Source: Kudoa neothunni (Eukaryota; Animalia; Cnidaria). From it: a DNA stretch of 64,000 nt. The position numbers and the translations under genes are program-made. Under the pieces are notes generated by a model that worked only from the letters and a program-made list of their open reading frames with translations, did not search any database and had not been told where the DNA came from. The stretch spans positions 8,129,744 through 8,193,743 of the forward strand of contig OZ199840.1 in the NCBI GenBank assembly GCA_964304625.1, read 5' to 3'. This document shows positions 1-13,193 of the stretch, piece by piece (positions within the stretch are counted from its first letter, which is position 1; each line of letters opens with the position of its first letter).

Positions 1-1975
1 TGGGAAGATTCCAAAATTAATTCATTATTCGATACTAAACGATAGATCGGACTTATTTTATACAGTATTTGTCGTGTAATTTCTAATTATTTCAAATTTT
101 TGTATAAAAAAGTTTTTTAAACAAATAATGTCAAATTTAGATTATTTTACGTATACTTTTCAAATAATAATATTACAAAATAGAAAACTAATAAACTAGC
201 ACATTACTGCCATAATAGAGCATAAGGTATGAATAATGCAACACACGTTCATACATACTGACACGGTTGTGTCGTACTTCCATCTAAAATTTCTCAAAGA
301 TTTTTTCTTTGGATAAATAGATCATTATTTTCCTTTATCGTGCTAATTTATTATACCTCTAACTTTATGTTTATAAAGGTTTTTAATATTGAATAAGAAT
401 TTATATTATTCGGAAAATATTGCAAAAAAAGAGTGAAAAAGGTTAAATTGCGGAATAGTGGCCGTAATCCAAATCACCGATTACGATCGAAACCGATCCT
501 GTTGATTATTTTAGTTTTTTGTATTGATCAATGTTAATGCAGAATAATTTTACATTCTGCAGCCTATTAATTATCAAAAATATTTGTTATAATATTATAT
601 TGAACTCCTAGCACCTCTTAATTATTTTTACAGTCATCAACACTCAATCGAGTAACGTAACATTTATTCATCTTAAAATTTGGGTGTGACTATTGTGAGT
701 TTGGTGTATTGTCACAAGTTTTTCTTGGCTATTACCTATTGTTAATTCTGTGTTTATAAGAATAAGAATTCCCTACTTTATACAATTATTGGCTGATTAA
801 TTGTATCAATTGCACAAGGTTAATATCAGAAATAATTAGTTGGATAAAATTTACGCGACCCCAATGTGAATATTCCAGAAAATATTGTACTAATTTGGTT
901 TAAAAAAATAGGATTAATATTCGGGCTAATTATAATCTTTATTCAGTTAATGCGTCCATTATTTTACAGTTTTACTATATATTAATGCATTTAATATTAT
1001 ATATATGTTTGCGTTTTTAATGATATTTTTGAAATTAATGAAAAATAGTTTATATTATTTGGATATGGATATAAAGTGTAAGCTTTGGTAAAAGTTAATG
1101 GGTTATCCATCAAAACACCCAAATTATAACATGAATCTATATTAGACAATTAGGTTAATCAATTTAATGTTAATTTATAATTTTTGTATATTTTATTAGA
1201 TTTAATTAGTGATATTAAAATATTATACACCAATAAATTTATTGTATCAACATTACAAACTTGGATGAATTATTTCCTAAAATATCAGGAGGTTTATAAG
1301 CTGAAGCTAAAATTATAATTAAAAAATTATTCGATTGAAAGAGAGAACATATAAAAACATCGAATCTATATTATACTGAATATAACTTTAATTAAAATTA
1401 TTTCGAGTATACTGGATTAATTATCCTGTTATAATTTATTAATTAATTTTTTACATTACATCTTTATTCGTTGTAATTATTTTCGTAATATAAATAATCA
1501 CACAAAAAGAAAAAAAATGCGGAATAACTTTAATGTGACCCACATTGATTCATCATGTCTAACCATTGCGTAAGCCTCTCCAAAATTCTCAAAGGTCCCA
1601 TAATTGGAACTTTATTGTGAGATTAACGGGTTAACTACTGAACTCCAAAGATCACCTAACCATCTAACGTATCGGTTTTTTAATCTATCGAATTTTAATG
1701 AAACTAAAATAAATTGTTTCAACAAATTCCCCCCCCCCCCCCCTTAAATTGATCATTAATATGAAACTCGTTAATTATTTAATAAAATTAGCTTTAGTCG
1801 AATCATGATTAATTGGAGGAGTTCCAGATTAAAAAATCGACTCAACGTGGTAATTTAGTGAATTTAAAGCCTGTATAACTTTAATCTAATCAAAAATATT
1901 CTCAATATCCATATAAACATATAAATTCTGGTAATACAAAAAGAAATTTAAATAACAACAACGCCCATTATAACA

Positions 1976-4900
1976 TTATAAAAGAAGTTTTCTATAGTGA
2001 CTTTTCACTTCATAAGAAACGTCTTTTCTGTTTTCCAGCATCTTCACAATGTGTAAAGGGGACACTGTCGATTGTAGTACCAAAAGCGAGTCCTCATTGT
2101 TAACAGTTTTCTAAAAATATTCATTCCATCAATTAGGAACTATACTGTCTTAGATACAAAATCTAGGGAGATAAGTTCCACCAGTTGAAGCACATTATTC
2201 AAATCGGTATTGACCGATAGTTTAAAGGTTTCCGTGATGATTCTAACAAGTTGTCTAATTGTGGATCCAAGCACCATGACTCCGTACTAAGCACATATCT
2301 TATAAATGAGTCACCAATAGGAGTTTTTGCGTACTTTGTTTGTGGGTAGGTCAGAGACAAATGTGATTAATTCGGTAGACAAAGATCCACAAAATCGAGT
2401 AGATGCTTGTGAAATAACATTTTCATGAAGAATTTGCTTTAGATTATAATAAATCAGAGAACAATAATCCAAAATACCTCCAAAATATGACGAACATTTT
2501 GGATCAGCTCACTGAAATGAACCAATTTATCGCTGTCATCAATGTTTGATAAACTCTATAAATCAAGTTGGGCATTCCAATTCAAATCACCCAATTAATT
2601 ACCATTTCATTATATTTATCGTATTTACTGCATATCACGGAAGTGAGATTGTCTGTAATCACCACAAGAAGGCAGTTTTGCACAAAAAATATCACTTTCT
2701 CCTATTACCAATGATCAAACTTTAAATATATTTGTATTTATATCACATTCAAATAATGAACCCAAGATTCCATTAAGGTATTCAGATGATGAATAGAAAT
2801 CTAAATTGGCAAAATTTAAAGAAAAGTATTTTTCAGATCATCTACTTTAACGTCATCATTAAAAGATGAGGAATCTAATTTGAAAATTACCTAAATTAGT
2901 TACATTTAAATATTACACATCAACATTTCACAAAAAGTTAAAAAGAAAAAGAATTTACCGGAAGTTGATCCAACAAGATATTAATGTGGTGTATAGCCGC
3001 CCATACCATATTCAGTCCAACCTAATTATTGTCATTAGTCATCAATGACATCTCCAATGATTATCTACCATATATTCGAAAGTGGGAGTGTTGGATTTGT
3101 TTATATTTTTCGGGTCAGACAACCATATATTAAAATCGTAATATCTATTAGGAATTATGAAAAAATTAAAATTGGGAACTTAAGAGTATTTTAGACATAC
3201 AAAGATGATACAGTTTGATCGGACAATCGTTTAATGAACTTGGTAAATTCACCTTGAAGGTACGATCTACCAAAAGATAATTTTAATAGTAAATACCACG
3301 AATTACTGAGTCGTCTTTAGGTTGATGAGTCCTATCTTGTACAGTCCAGCCACACTCACACTCTTACTAAAAAATATTATTTAATTTAATTACGAAAATT
3401 CATTGCAAATAAATTCAAATTATTTTTTTTAAATCCCTAAATGAAAATAATAACTAATTATTAAATTGAATAATAATAATAATTAAATATACAAATCAAA
3501 ATACTTTAATAAGTTATAATAAAAACAAGAAAAATAATCAAAGCAACAATTAAAAATAAATAAAAATACATAATATTTGAGGAAAAAATGTAAAAAACAT
3601 CATCAACGACGCTGGGAAACTTGAAATCATCATCATTTTTGGCGAATTTGATGGCCTAAAAAGAATTAAGATTATCATTAAAACTCAAATCACTTTGTGA
3701 TATGAAACAGCAATAGAACAATCTGTCAAACTCATATACCAATCAGTTAATTTCTAAATAAAGAAGAAACTAAAAACACACTGATGCATGATCTAATAAC
3801 TTGAATTATTGGCACAACTTTACCATCATAGATAACAGTGTTGATAAATTTGGAGAATTCTAATCAATAATATAAAAACAACAAACTGCTGCTCAAATAC
3901 TATCAGATTCACTAGTACAAGTGGTCTGAGACTGGTCGGTAGATGGCACCATAAAAAATGGCAAAAAATGTTGACGATGATTCTAGATAGATTATAATAT
4001 TCAAAAATTAAAAATCAGTATCGACCAATTTACGATTACATTGAACATTTGCTTTAAAAAATCGATATAAACTTCGTAATAAGAAAGAACGGTAGTGAGG
4101 AATTCAAGAATTTGATTGGAATCTTGAGACTTTAATCTATTGACTCAATATAATAACAGTCATAATTTAGCGATGAAAAACTTACAAACTGTTGTTTTTT
4201 TTCAAGAGCACTAAAGTCTATGGAGGAATTATTTTTTAGTATTACTTGGATGGTATTGCAAGCAGTCATCTTTTGAAAATAATCAATACTCAAAAACCGA
4301 CTGTATAAAATCACCACAGAACCCATATCAAATTTATTAGAGATAATTTCAAATAAAAGTTGAAAATCGCCATACAAACAATTCGTATGTAGTTCACGAA
4401 GATACTGCACGAAATCGGCAGGTTCTAAAATTGCGAAAAAATGCTACAGTTTAACATTTTTGCACCAACCGTAATGAACCGAGAGAAATTGGTAAGATGT
4501 TTTCACATTGTTCGCGTATATTTGTAACAGAGAACCGACATGTGTTTTGAAATCATTAAACTCTACCGCGGAATCAATGAATTTTAATTTATTACGTATT
4601 TTAATCTAGAATTTTTATAGTAAAATCGCCATTAATGTTAAGATACTTTTGTGATATTATATTTGATAAAATAATCTAAACCAACACCAGCAAGTTCAAC
4701 CAATGGCATCACTTCGAACAGCCTAATATTCTATTAGGAAAAATAGTTAAATCAGATAACTTTAGGTTTTTCTGGTCATCATTTTGAGACTTAACACATT
4801 CATTCATAAGGTTTTGCATTTGCATTTGAAATATTCTCTGTAATTCGGTTTTGATTGTCTTCAAATAGCCATAGGTCATCATCAATTCATCATCTATACG

Positions 4901-5693
4901 ACAAATGTCATTGTTGTTGTCCGTTACAGTGATAGATTACTTTCCTCATTATTCGTGGTTTTGCTGGGACTGTAGAGCATTTGGCTAAGCAGTCGTTGAT
5001 CCACATTCAAATGTCTATTGACCAATAAAGCTGCCTACATTAGAGTGATTTCAACTAAAAATTTTTGTTCAATAAAAGATAGTTATTACTTTCTCATACT
5101 CTTTGTTGGACATATGGTCCACTCACCAGTTTCGCCACATTCTACATCAATTATAATGTACCTTTAAAGTTTGTACTTTTACATGTAAATCATTCATATC
5201 ATCGACTTTTCTGATGACATTTTCAATATTGGTCTATTTTGAAAGAAAATGAATATAATCACAAAAATTGTCTAATTTTTGATATATACTTTTCTAGTAT
5301 CTAACATATCGATATCCTTGGTTAGAAATTCGATTTTCTGTTGAGATTGCTGATAAATATTCATTCCATTGCTCACATCCTCACACAATCCACTCTCCTC
5401 AAATCTACAAGTTATTTAGGCTTAAAATTGGTCAAATAATTCACAAATTTACTCTCTACAGTAATCAACTAATCTATCGGTAAGTTGGCTGTATTTATCC
5501 AGTATTTCTCGGTAGTTGGTTATATTTCGTTGCTATAGCAACCAATATTAGTGTTCAAACCCCTAAAAAAAACTGGGATTGAACGGACCTTTTCTCGGTT
5601 CAATAAATCGAGTGTTGTTTCTATTTCTTCATCGTTGTTGTAGTTGATAGCGTTAAAGTCCAAGTTTATACGCTCATTTTCCATTTTTGGCAT
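1976..5693 (-). CDS. COG4: Conserved oligomeric Golgi complex subunit 4 (multi-exon)
   Basis: Hand-spliced exons give KEYEK/AALLVNRHLNVD (cf. COG4 EDYEQAAAHIHRYLCLD), FPSVVDDVFYI (cf. TSSMVDDVFYI), GVMVLGSTIRQLVRII (cf. GGLQFDKELRSLIAYL) and C-terminal VSPLHIVKMLENRKD (cf. LTPAEVRQVLALRID). Stop at 1976-1978. Start ATG at 5693 or 5684. Internal exon limits approximate. Confidence 0.78.
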
Positions 5694-8600
5694 GCGCGAA
5701 GAAAATAATAAACAAACTCTTAACTCACTGTGATAATTTTGATTATTACATTTGTACATTCATTTTAATATAATCAGATTTTTTTTAGTTTAAAATTAAT
5801 TTTTAACGTGGTTTATAAATGATTGAATATTTTCTACAAATTAATAAAAATAATTAGAATTTATACTAAATACGTTATATAAACAAATTATAATATTTCA
5901 AACAATTTATAAAATTATTTTAAGTGGTATTATTTATAAAAATGTAACCATTTTTCTAATAATAGTGGTAGAACGTAGGATTTATGATGAATTTTTCATT
6001 TTTTCTGCTGAACATGAACGAGGGATCACATAAAAATTTGTCCGCATATGCAGTCATTTCTGGAGTTATGTAATTTTTGCATATAAACTAATTGAATAGA
6101 GAATTATGGTGAATTTTGTGCTTTATTTGAGTTTGAGCTTGCGCGATAAATAAATGTTAAACCATTCCTAAAATTTAATAGCAAAAATTAAATTATTTAT
6201 TCGATCTTAATTTAACAAAATAACATTGGTCGATTTATTTACTCATTAACGAATTTTGTGATTATATGAAATATAACATTTTCTTTGAATTTGTAGATAT
6301 AATTCAATTTATTTCGATAAAAGATAACATTATGTGAACAGTATTGTTAGATAACCATTTTCAAGTTAATTTAACTGTTTATGTATGAGCGGAAATAAAT
6401 ACGATTTAAAGCAAAATATCACATATTTTTCGAATATTACGTTTGACTTATTTAATAAATTTATTTAAAGGATTTACATGTTTATTTTCCATTCTAATAT
6501 AATAATAATAATATAAGAATGAAAATTAATTAAGTTCCACAAGCTCGAAATGGTAGTTAAATTGTCGGAGTATTAATTAAACTCAGATATTTTGATATAT
6601 TTTTGTTTCCATTTTATGTCTGGGCATGCACGAGGAAAAATAACTTATTTCAAATTTGCAACAATAATTAAAAAATGATATTTAATCTAATATAAAATTT
6701 GATACCATACTTTAATGCATTGTTAGGTTTTTTGAATTTTTTTGTTTTGAAATAGAAATATATTTTATAACTCAACGTTATAAATAGAAATTTTATTTTA
6801 TATCTATTCAAATTAGGTGATTAAAATTTTATATTTCGGCAGAGACTATTTCCATGGTAAATTTTTATTTTAGACGATGCATAAAAATTTTATCATTTCT
6901 GCCCTGTCGCTTCGCTTCGCTTTTAGAGACTTCTAATAATTGAACCTAGTTAAAACTAGTGAGATGTAAATATTGTTGATCATATAAATAGCTGCTTTTT
7001 TTGTATTTTAACAAAAATTTGGCGTTTGTAAACACGCGATAATTGCTAATTTAAAACTAGCGAAGAAGCTAAAATTTGTTGAAATAACAATGGTAAATTA
7101 TCGAATATATTTAATGAAATTTTGACACACATATTTTTAGTTCTAGTATGCGAAAAAAATAAATTGAAAATTTTCTTTCAATTACTGGAAATAGTAATAA
7201 ACCTATAATTTTGGAATTTTGTCAAACATATTTTAGTGAATTTTTAGTTCATTCGACACTTAAACATGCGAAAAAATTAATATACATGTATCCAAAGTAA
7301 CAGTGGAAATTTTCATTTTATTGCAATTCAAAAAAGACCTAAAATTTAATTTTTATATACACATTAATTTACTCGAGTAATATAGGGTACATTTAGGCCC
7401 CCAATGAAATTGTAATTCAGAATTATCAAAAGATGGCTAATCGACTAACATCAAACTTTTTCTATTTTCTTGTTATAATTCATTTATTCCGAAAATATTT
7501 TCTAGTATTAATGAACATTTTCACTAACTTTGTATAATTATAATCCAATCCGTATAAAATGGGGTCCATTGGATTCCCCAAATTTTTTTGAATTTTTAGA
7601 ACACTTTAACAAAAACAATTCAACTTTGAAAATCTAAACAAATTAACATAATTATAAAATGAAAAAATTTAACAATGAGTGTTCATTTGCATTCGCAACC
7701 TTGATAAATTCTTCATTATTTCGCTGACTATTAATGAAAGAGCAGATATTAATGCTGATGACATATTAGAGCTTGCACACCTAAAGGAAACTAATGATAA
7801 TACTCATAAATGGGATAATTCATTCTAATAGATAGCGATAAATCAATTATTGACGAAAACCACTATTCTTGGAGTCTGATAAGACCAAATAACGGACATT
7901 CGCCGAAAATATGATAAATTTATTCAAGTAAATGACTGGTTGTGTAACGCAAAGAATTATTGATATGAAAGATTTTCATTAGTTTTTTATTTCATACTTA
8001 TTTACATCTAATAACACATTTTAATAAAATATTGTTGCGTAAATTTCTATATATGAACAGAATTTTACCATACATAATTACTTTAAACCCATAATTAAAG
8101 GAACCTTCTGTAATAAGTCTTAATATTTAGGATTAAAAGTTGAAAAACATTCGATCTAGGATTATTTTAAATCATAGGAGTAAAAATATAGGCTAATGTG
8201 CAGATATTCAATTTAGATTATATTCGATATATATTTATCAAAGTAAAATATTTTCCAATAATAATAACAAAAAATATTATTGAATACATTACATTTTACT
8301 AATATTATCTTAGAGAATTGAAATCGGTTACATTTAATACACGAACAAACCCTTAAATAGACTTTAAAATGTATGGGCATGCTCGCCAACATAAAAACGG
8401 GGAAAAATCAACGATTAAGTCCTTAAATTGTTCTACAAAAATTATCGAAATAAAAAGAAAATACATTCTAAATAAAAAAATGAAATAACAAACTTAATAA
8501 GAAATTTCCCCTATTTCACTCGGGAAATGCTCAATTTAAAAACAACCACAGTGGTTTTAATTACAGGGTATGTGTAACGAAAAAATTCGCATAAACTAGC

Positions 8601-8746
8601 AGAAACATGCACAATTATTTCGATATAAATAAAAAGAATTAATGAATTAACACGCAAAAAATACAAATCAAAAACAATTTTATAGTGCTACAAATATCAT
8701 CAATATTATGATGTTTCATGTGTTTATGTATATATATCAAACAAAA

Positions 8747-9759
8747 CTAGTTTGCTGTGGATACTCTAACTTTGAGGAGTTGCTCAAGTCGCTGGATTTC
8801 CGACAGAGATTTCGAATTGCGGATAGCTTCCTATAAAATGCACGAACAAATTGTATTGAGTTCAATCTATATAATGTAAAATAAAGTGCTACCCTAATCG
8901 ATTCGATATCTTTAAAAGAAGAATCCATATCAACCAAGCCATTTTCTGCTTCATCCTCATTACTAATTGTGAATTATTATACAACCAAAGACAATGCAAC
9001 TGTACTAGGTTCTAAGCAGAATCTGTTTTCTTATTTCATAACCGGCGGGAGAAGAGAAAAATTTGGTAGCTCTTTCTCTTTCCTATTCATCGTAAATGAT
9101 ACAATAAATCCACAAATTGCCATGCATTACTGTCGGCTTTATACGTTTAAAGTCCAACACCTTCAACTGTGGCAACATATACACAATGTAATTACGATAA
9201 ACTTTTCTTGAAGTGATTGGATTCCTTAACAAACTAAACACACGCACACTCAATAAAATTCGTCTTAAATCCATAAATAAAACCCACCTCAAATTGGTTA
9301 AATTTTTCAATTTTCTTAATGGATGAATTTCAACCAATTGATTTATGCTATTGTTTGTCATAATTAGATAGCTCAGATTGGGCAAATGCTCAGCTATATT
9401 CTCATCTACACTCCTAAATGTGAAGGGTTACCACAAGGCACAACGTTAGAGAATAATCGGTTTCTATGGACATTAAACTCATACGTAATGTGATTGTTGC
9501 ATAAAAACAATGTTGTCAATCTTTTCAAAAGTGGAAATCCGTCCAACTTTCTTATATCGTTATCACACATGTCGATTGCATCAAACTGATCCTAAATAAT
9601 GCCATTAACTTCGTCAGGTCATGTAGTTAGTGATTATACTAGTGTCGCACCCATGTTCTCTATCACATTGATTCGATAACCTCTTAGGTAGAGTTCCCGT
9701 TCATTCGAAACGTTCCTGTATTGAGGAGACTGGTTGATGAGGTCAGCTGTAAGTTTCAT
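8747..9759 (-). CDS. SNRPA1: U2 snRNP protein A' (leucine-rich repeat)
   Basis: MKLTADLINQSPQYRNVSNERELYLRGYRINVIENMGATL / DQFDAIDMCDNDIRKLDGFPLLKRLTTL ... LLRNPITSRKVYRNYIVYMLPQLKVLDFKRIK. First intron 9592-9639 (48 nt, GT-AG). Last exon end less certain. Confidence 0.95.
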
Positions 9760-10013
9760 ACTTGAGCTGCGCGCGCTCACTGCCAAGTTTGTACACGTTT
9801 TGCATCTGCTTTGGCGTGAGGTTAATAGTTGTTAAGGCGTTTAATGTCTAAATTTTATCTTTTTCTATTTTCCTTCTTATCTTTTGTGTCATTAATGTGA
9901 TTCATGCTACTTTTTAATTTATCGCACGATTTTATTTTATCTTTTCGTGTCCATCGTTAGTTTGAAATTTATGTAATAATACAATCTATAACGATAATGC
10001 TATTTAATTTTTC

Positions 10014-10090
10014 TTAACCTTCTAAATCACTGGAAAATTTCCATCCTACGAGTAAAATGTAAAATTAAAATTGGGGTATTTTTACATCCC
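10014..10090 (+). mobile_element. piggyBac-type left end remnant
   Basis: TTAA followed by ccttctaa, then ttggggtatttttacatccc. Resembles the ccctctaa terminus and ttggtgtattacatccc motif of the mini-element at 61079. Confidence 0.45.
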
Positions 10091-10246
10091 TCACTTTTTT
10101 CAGATCCAACGATTTAGAATGCAAAAATAATTATTTTTGTAAATTTCGATTTATCAAATGCTCAACACAAAAATAAGTATTATAGTAAACGAATTTTTTA
10201 AAAAATGAAATTCATGTTTTTGTAAAATCAAAAATTGAGGACTAAT

Positions 10247-12510
10247 TTATTTTTTTGTTAAGACCAAGAAACCGATAGCACATATCAACAGTGCAATTAA
10301 AACTCCACCAACTATCAATCTAAATTATCATTAGAACCGCATGACAGCTGAAAATATTACATAATCCTGGATCCGCCGACATTAGCGCTAAATAAAAATT
10401 AAAAATCGATTAAATAATCAGAGAGATAACTATATTACCTATTTGATGTGCCTAAAAAGAATGAGAATAAATGATTGGTTAATATAGTTTACCTTGTTTA
10501 GCAGTTTCTGGTGATGTTGGATCATCATTGTCTCTGCTCGTTCCACTCCAAAGATTCACTACGATCGGCTCACTACTGTATCTTGCCTGTACTCTCATCG
10601 AGCCTTGTTTGTAGGAAGCAGCATTATAGAAAGTTATTTCTTGGTTGCATTTTCCCTCCCATCTTGTTGTTTTATCAAATAATCCATAGGTGTATTTTAT
10701 CGCCCCATTTACTATTTCAGCAAAAGTAAAATCACATATTTGGTCTGGGTCCACTTCTGCCATAGTGGTTGTCACAATCAAATCGGTGTTATTCCATGTG
10801 TGGGTAACATTAATTTTTTGAAGCGTTTCAGCTTAATAAATGTTATTGAGGAATTCTACTGCACATTACTTGTTGATACTGCCACCACGTTTGTTTCAAG
10901 GTCACTAATATATTTGCCAAATAAATATTTGAACTCGTATTTGGTATCGGGTAAAAGATTTTTAATGATAAGTGGTTGTCCACATAAACCTGAACAATCA
11001 ACCGATTCTTCGCATTCAGAAGGACTAAAAGATGTTGCACCCTCCATTTTTTGTTGAATTTTGCAGTATACACCATCAAATAGAGGTTCGTTTGGTGCTA
11101 TAGTCATCCCTACATGTTCGTAGTATGTTTTTATCTCAGGTTTTTGTGTTATGTTGTAGTCAGCTTAATTTAATTTTAGATCAATTATTTTTTTAATTTT
11201 TACCTGTTTTAAAAAGTTTTTCTGCGATATAAGATGTAGTAGTACTACTACCGGTTTGAGTATAAGTCACTTTTGCAATGTATTTTGTGTTTGGTTCAAG
11301 CCCGTGAATCGTAGCATCAATGCAAGTTGTTGGACATACTGTTTTCAGATCTTCACTACACTTGATGTCAAGGTTTACCTTAGGGAATTCCTGCTTCCTT
11401 AACTCAATTTTACAAGTTGCAGTAGTCATATCGGTATCTTTAAGATTTTCGATAGAAAGAGTCGCATTAGTTTCTTTGGCAGTCACAGTAAGATTACTCT
11501 TTCCAACTATTTTATTACGTTAAGTTGAAAAAAATAAAAAAGTTTATTCACGTCTTAGCGTTTTCACTACTCCTACGAAATGTCTGGTGGATACTTTTAC
11601 GTCAAAATCTTTGTCATTGCTCTCAGTAAAGTCTAGTTCCATTACAGCGTCAGTGCAGAGTTGATAACAAGGGGAGTTGTCACTAGAGGTGAAGCATTTT
11701 GATGTGTAACTAGATTCAACCTTTTTTTTAATTTCGAATTTGCATATTTCATCTATCATATCTTCGTCGAAAATAATATTTATTTTGTTGGTATCATGTT
11801 TAGAAATGTGATAAGGAAGTTGTTCCAATGGACTGAAATCCATGTACTCGTTATTTTTTCTATTCACGTGTATTTTCGGTTGGTTGACTCCACAAGAGAG
11901 TTCGATTGAGTCGCCGGCTGAGTCGAAGAACCCAGTAAGGTGGTTTTCCTGGTTGCATTCGGTGTTGGGAGTAGGCGTGAACAGATCGAGGACTTTATCT
12001 CCACTGGTTAATCTGCAAGTTTGAGGATAACTGCAGACATTTTTTGTTGTGAATTTAATAGCGGTCGCATTTACTGTAAAATGAGTATTAGGAGTTTGAT
12101 CAGTAACTATAATAAAATAAGCCAAAATCTCAAAAAATATAGTACTATGAACTATTTTGAGAGTCTCGGTTGCGTATTTCGATTTTATCTGTAGATAATA
12201 AGAAGGAAAAGCAGCTCCAGTAGAAATCGTGTATTTTCCCGCACAAGAAACGTCTTGAAGTGTTTCGTTTTCAGATTCACCTTTAACATAGTGGTAAAAA
12301 AATTCATTTTTTTCCAGCAATTTAATATCGCATTTAGTTCCAGACACTCCCTCAAGTTGTAGATGGATTTTATCTTCTAAAGTGTTTTGATCTCGTTCAA
12401 CGTAGTATTTATGTGAGTGAACTAAAAAAATCTAATACGAGAGACTCGGTGACCACCCGAATTATACCATTATAGCAGAGTGAAAAAATCAACAATGTAA
12501 TGACCAACAT
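10247..12510 (-). CDS. Novel type-I membrane protein 'B1': signal peptide, six Cys-rich FN3/Ig-like modules, short stalk, TM helix, TKK tail (about 640 aa)
   Basis: ATG 12510 MLVITLLIFSLCYNVHS. Module exons separated by phase-1 GT-AG introns. FN3-like motifs IHGLEPNTKY and IKNLLPDTKYEF. Micro-exons 10439-10451 (13 nt) and 10361-10387 (27 nt) lead in frame to IILIVGGVLIALLICAIGFLVLTKK*. Confidence 0.85.
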
Positions 12511-13193
12511 TTTTGGTTCTTAATTATAACGTCTTTATTATTTTTAATAAGAATTATACAAATGAATGTAACTTGAGCTGACAATAGAAACGAGAAAAAT
12601 ATATTAAGGACGAATTCTGCGAGTGAATGACAGTTTAACAATAGAATTGAAAGTCAATAAGTAGTATTTACATCCGAAACTAAATTCTGGTGTCAGTTAT
12701 TGATAACTTCATAGGAAACAAACATGTTTAAGACAAAATTCTGAATTTAGAAGTAAAATACATTTTCTTACGGAGAATAATGACAGGACACTTCTATGTT
12801 AGCCAATTGGTAGACCAAATGGATATAATCAATAATTTTTAAAAAATTCACAAACAAGCATGTAACCTTAGATTAATTTATAGAATAAACGTTCACAAAA
12901 AATGGTTCAATGTACATCTATTTTTATAATTTTTCATTTCTATGTAGTTATTCCGATATTGTAATCAATACGATTTAATTTTATAAAAATATGTTTATCC
13001 AACAATAAACAATAAATATCATAAAAATGTCGACCAATCTAATAACTAAATATGTTATTTTATTTAAATATAAAAATACACAAGAATTAATAAGAGAAAT
13101 CAATTTTAACTATAAAACTAAAAGCTTGTTCACTGTTTCATTAATGGCGAACAATAAGATATTCCAAAATTAATGCTGTTATAATAACTATTT

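Noticed and set aside
1535-1680. Possible LINE 3' fragment (minus strand RWLGDL...GEAYA)
   Set aside because: Too short and degenerate to support a call.
1729-1743. Poly-C run, also (TA)n at about 46617 and 56018 and (CAG)n at 59811
   Set aside because: Ordinary simple repeats. The CAG run is the WBP2 poly-Q.
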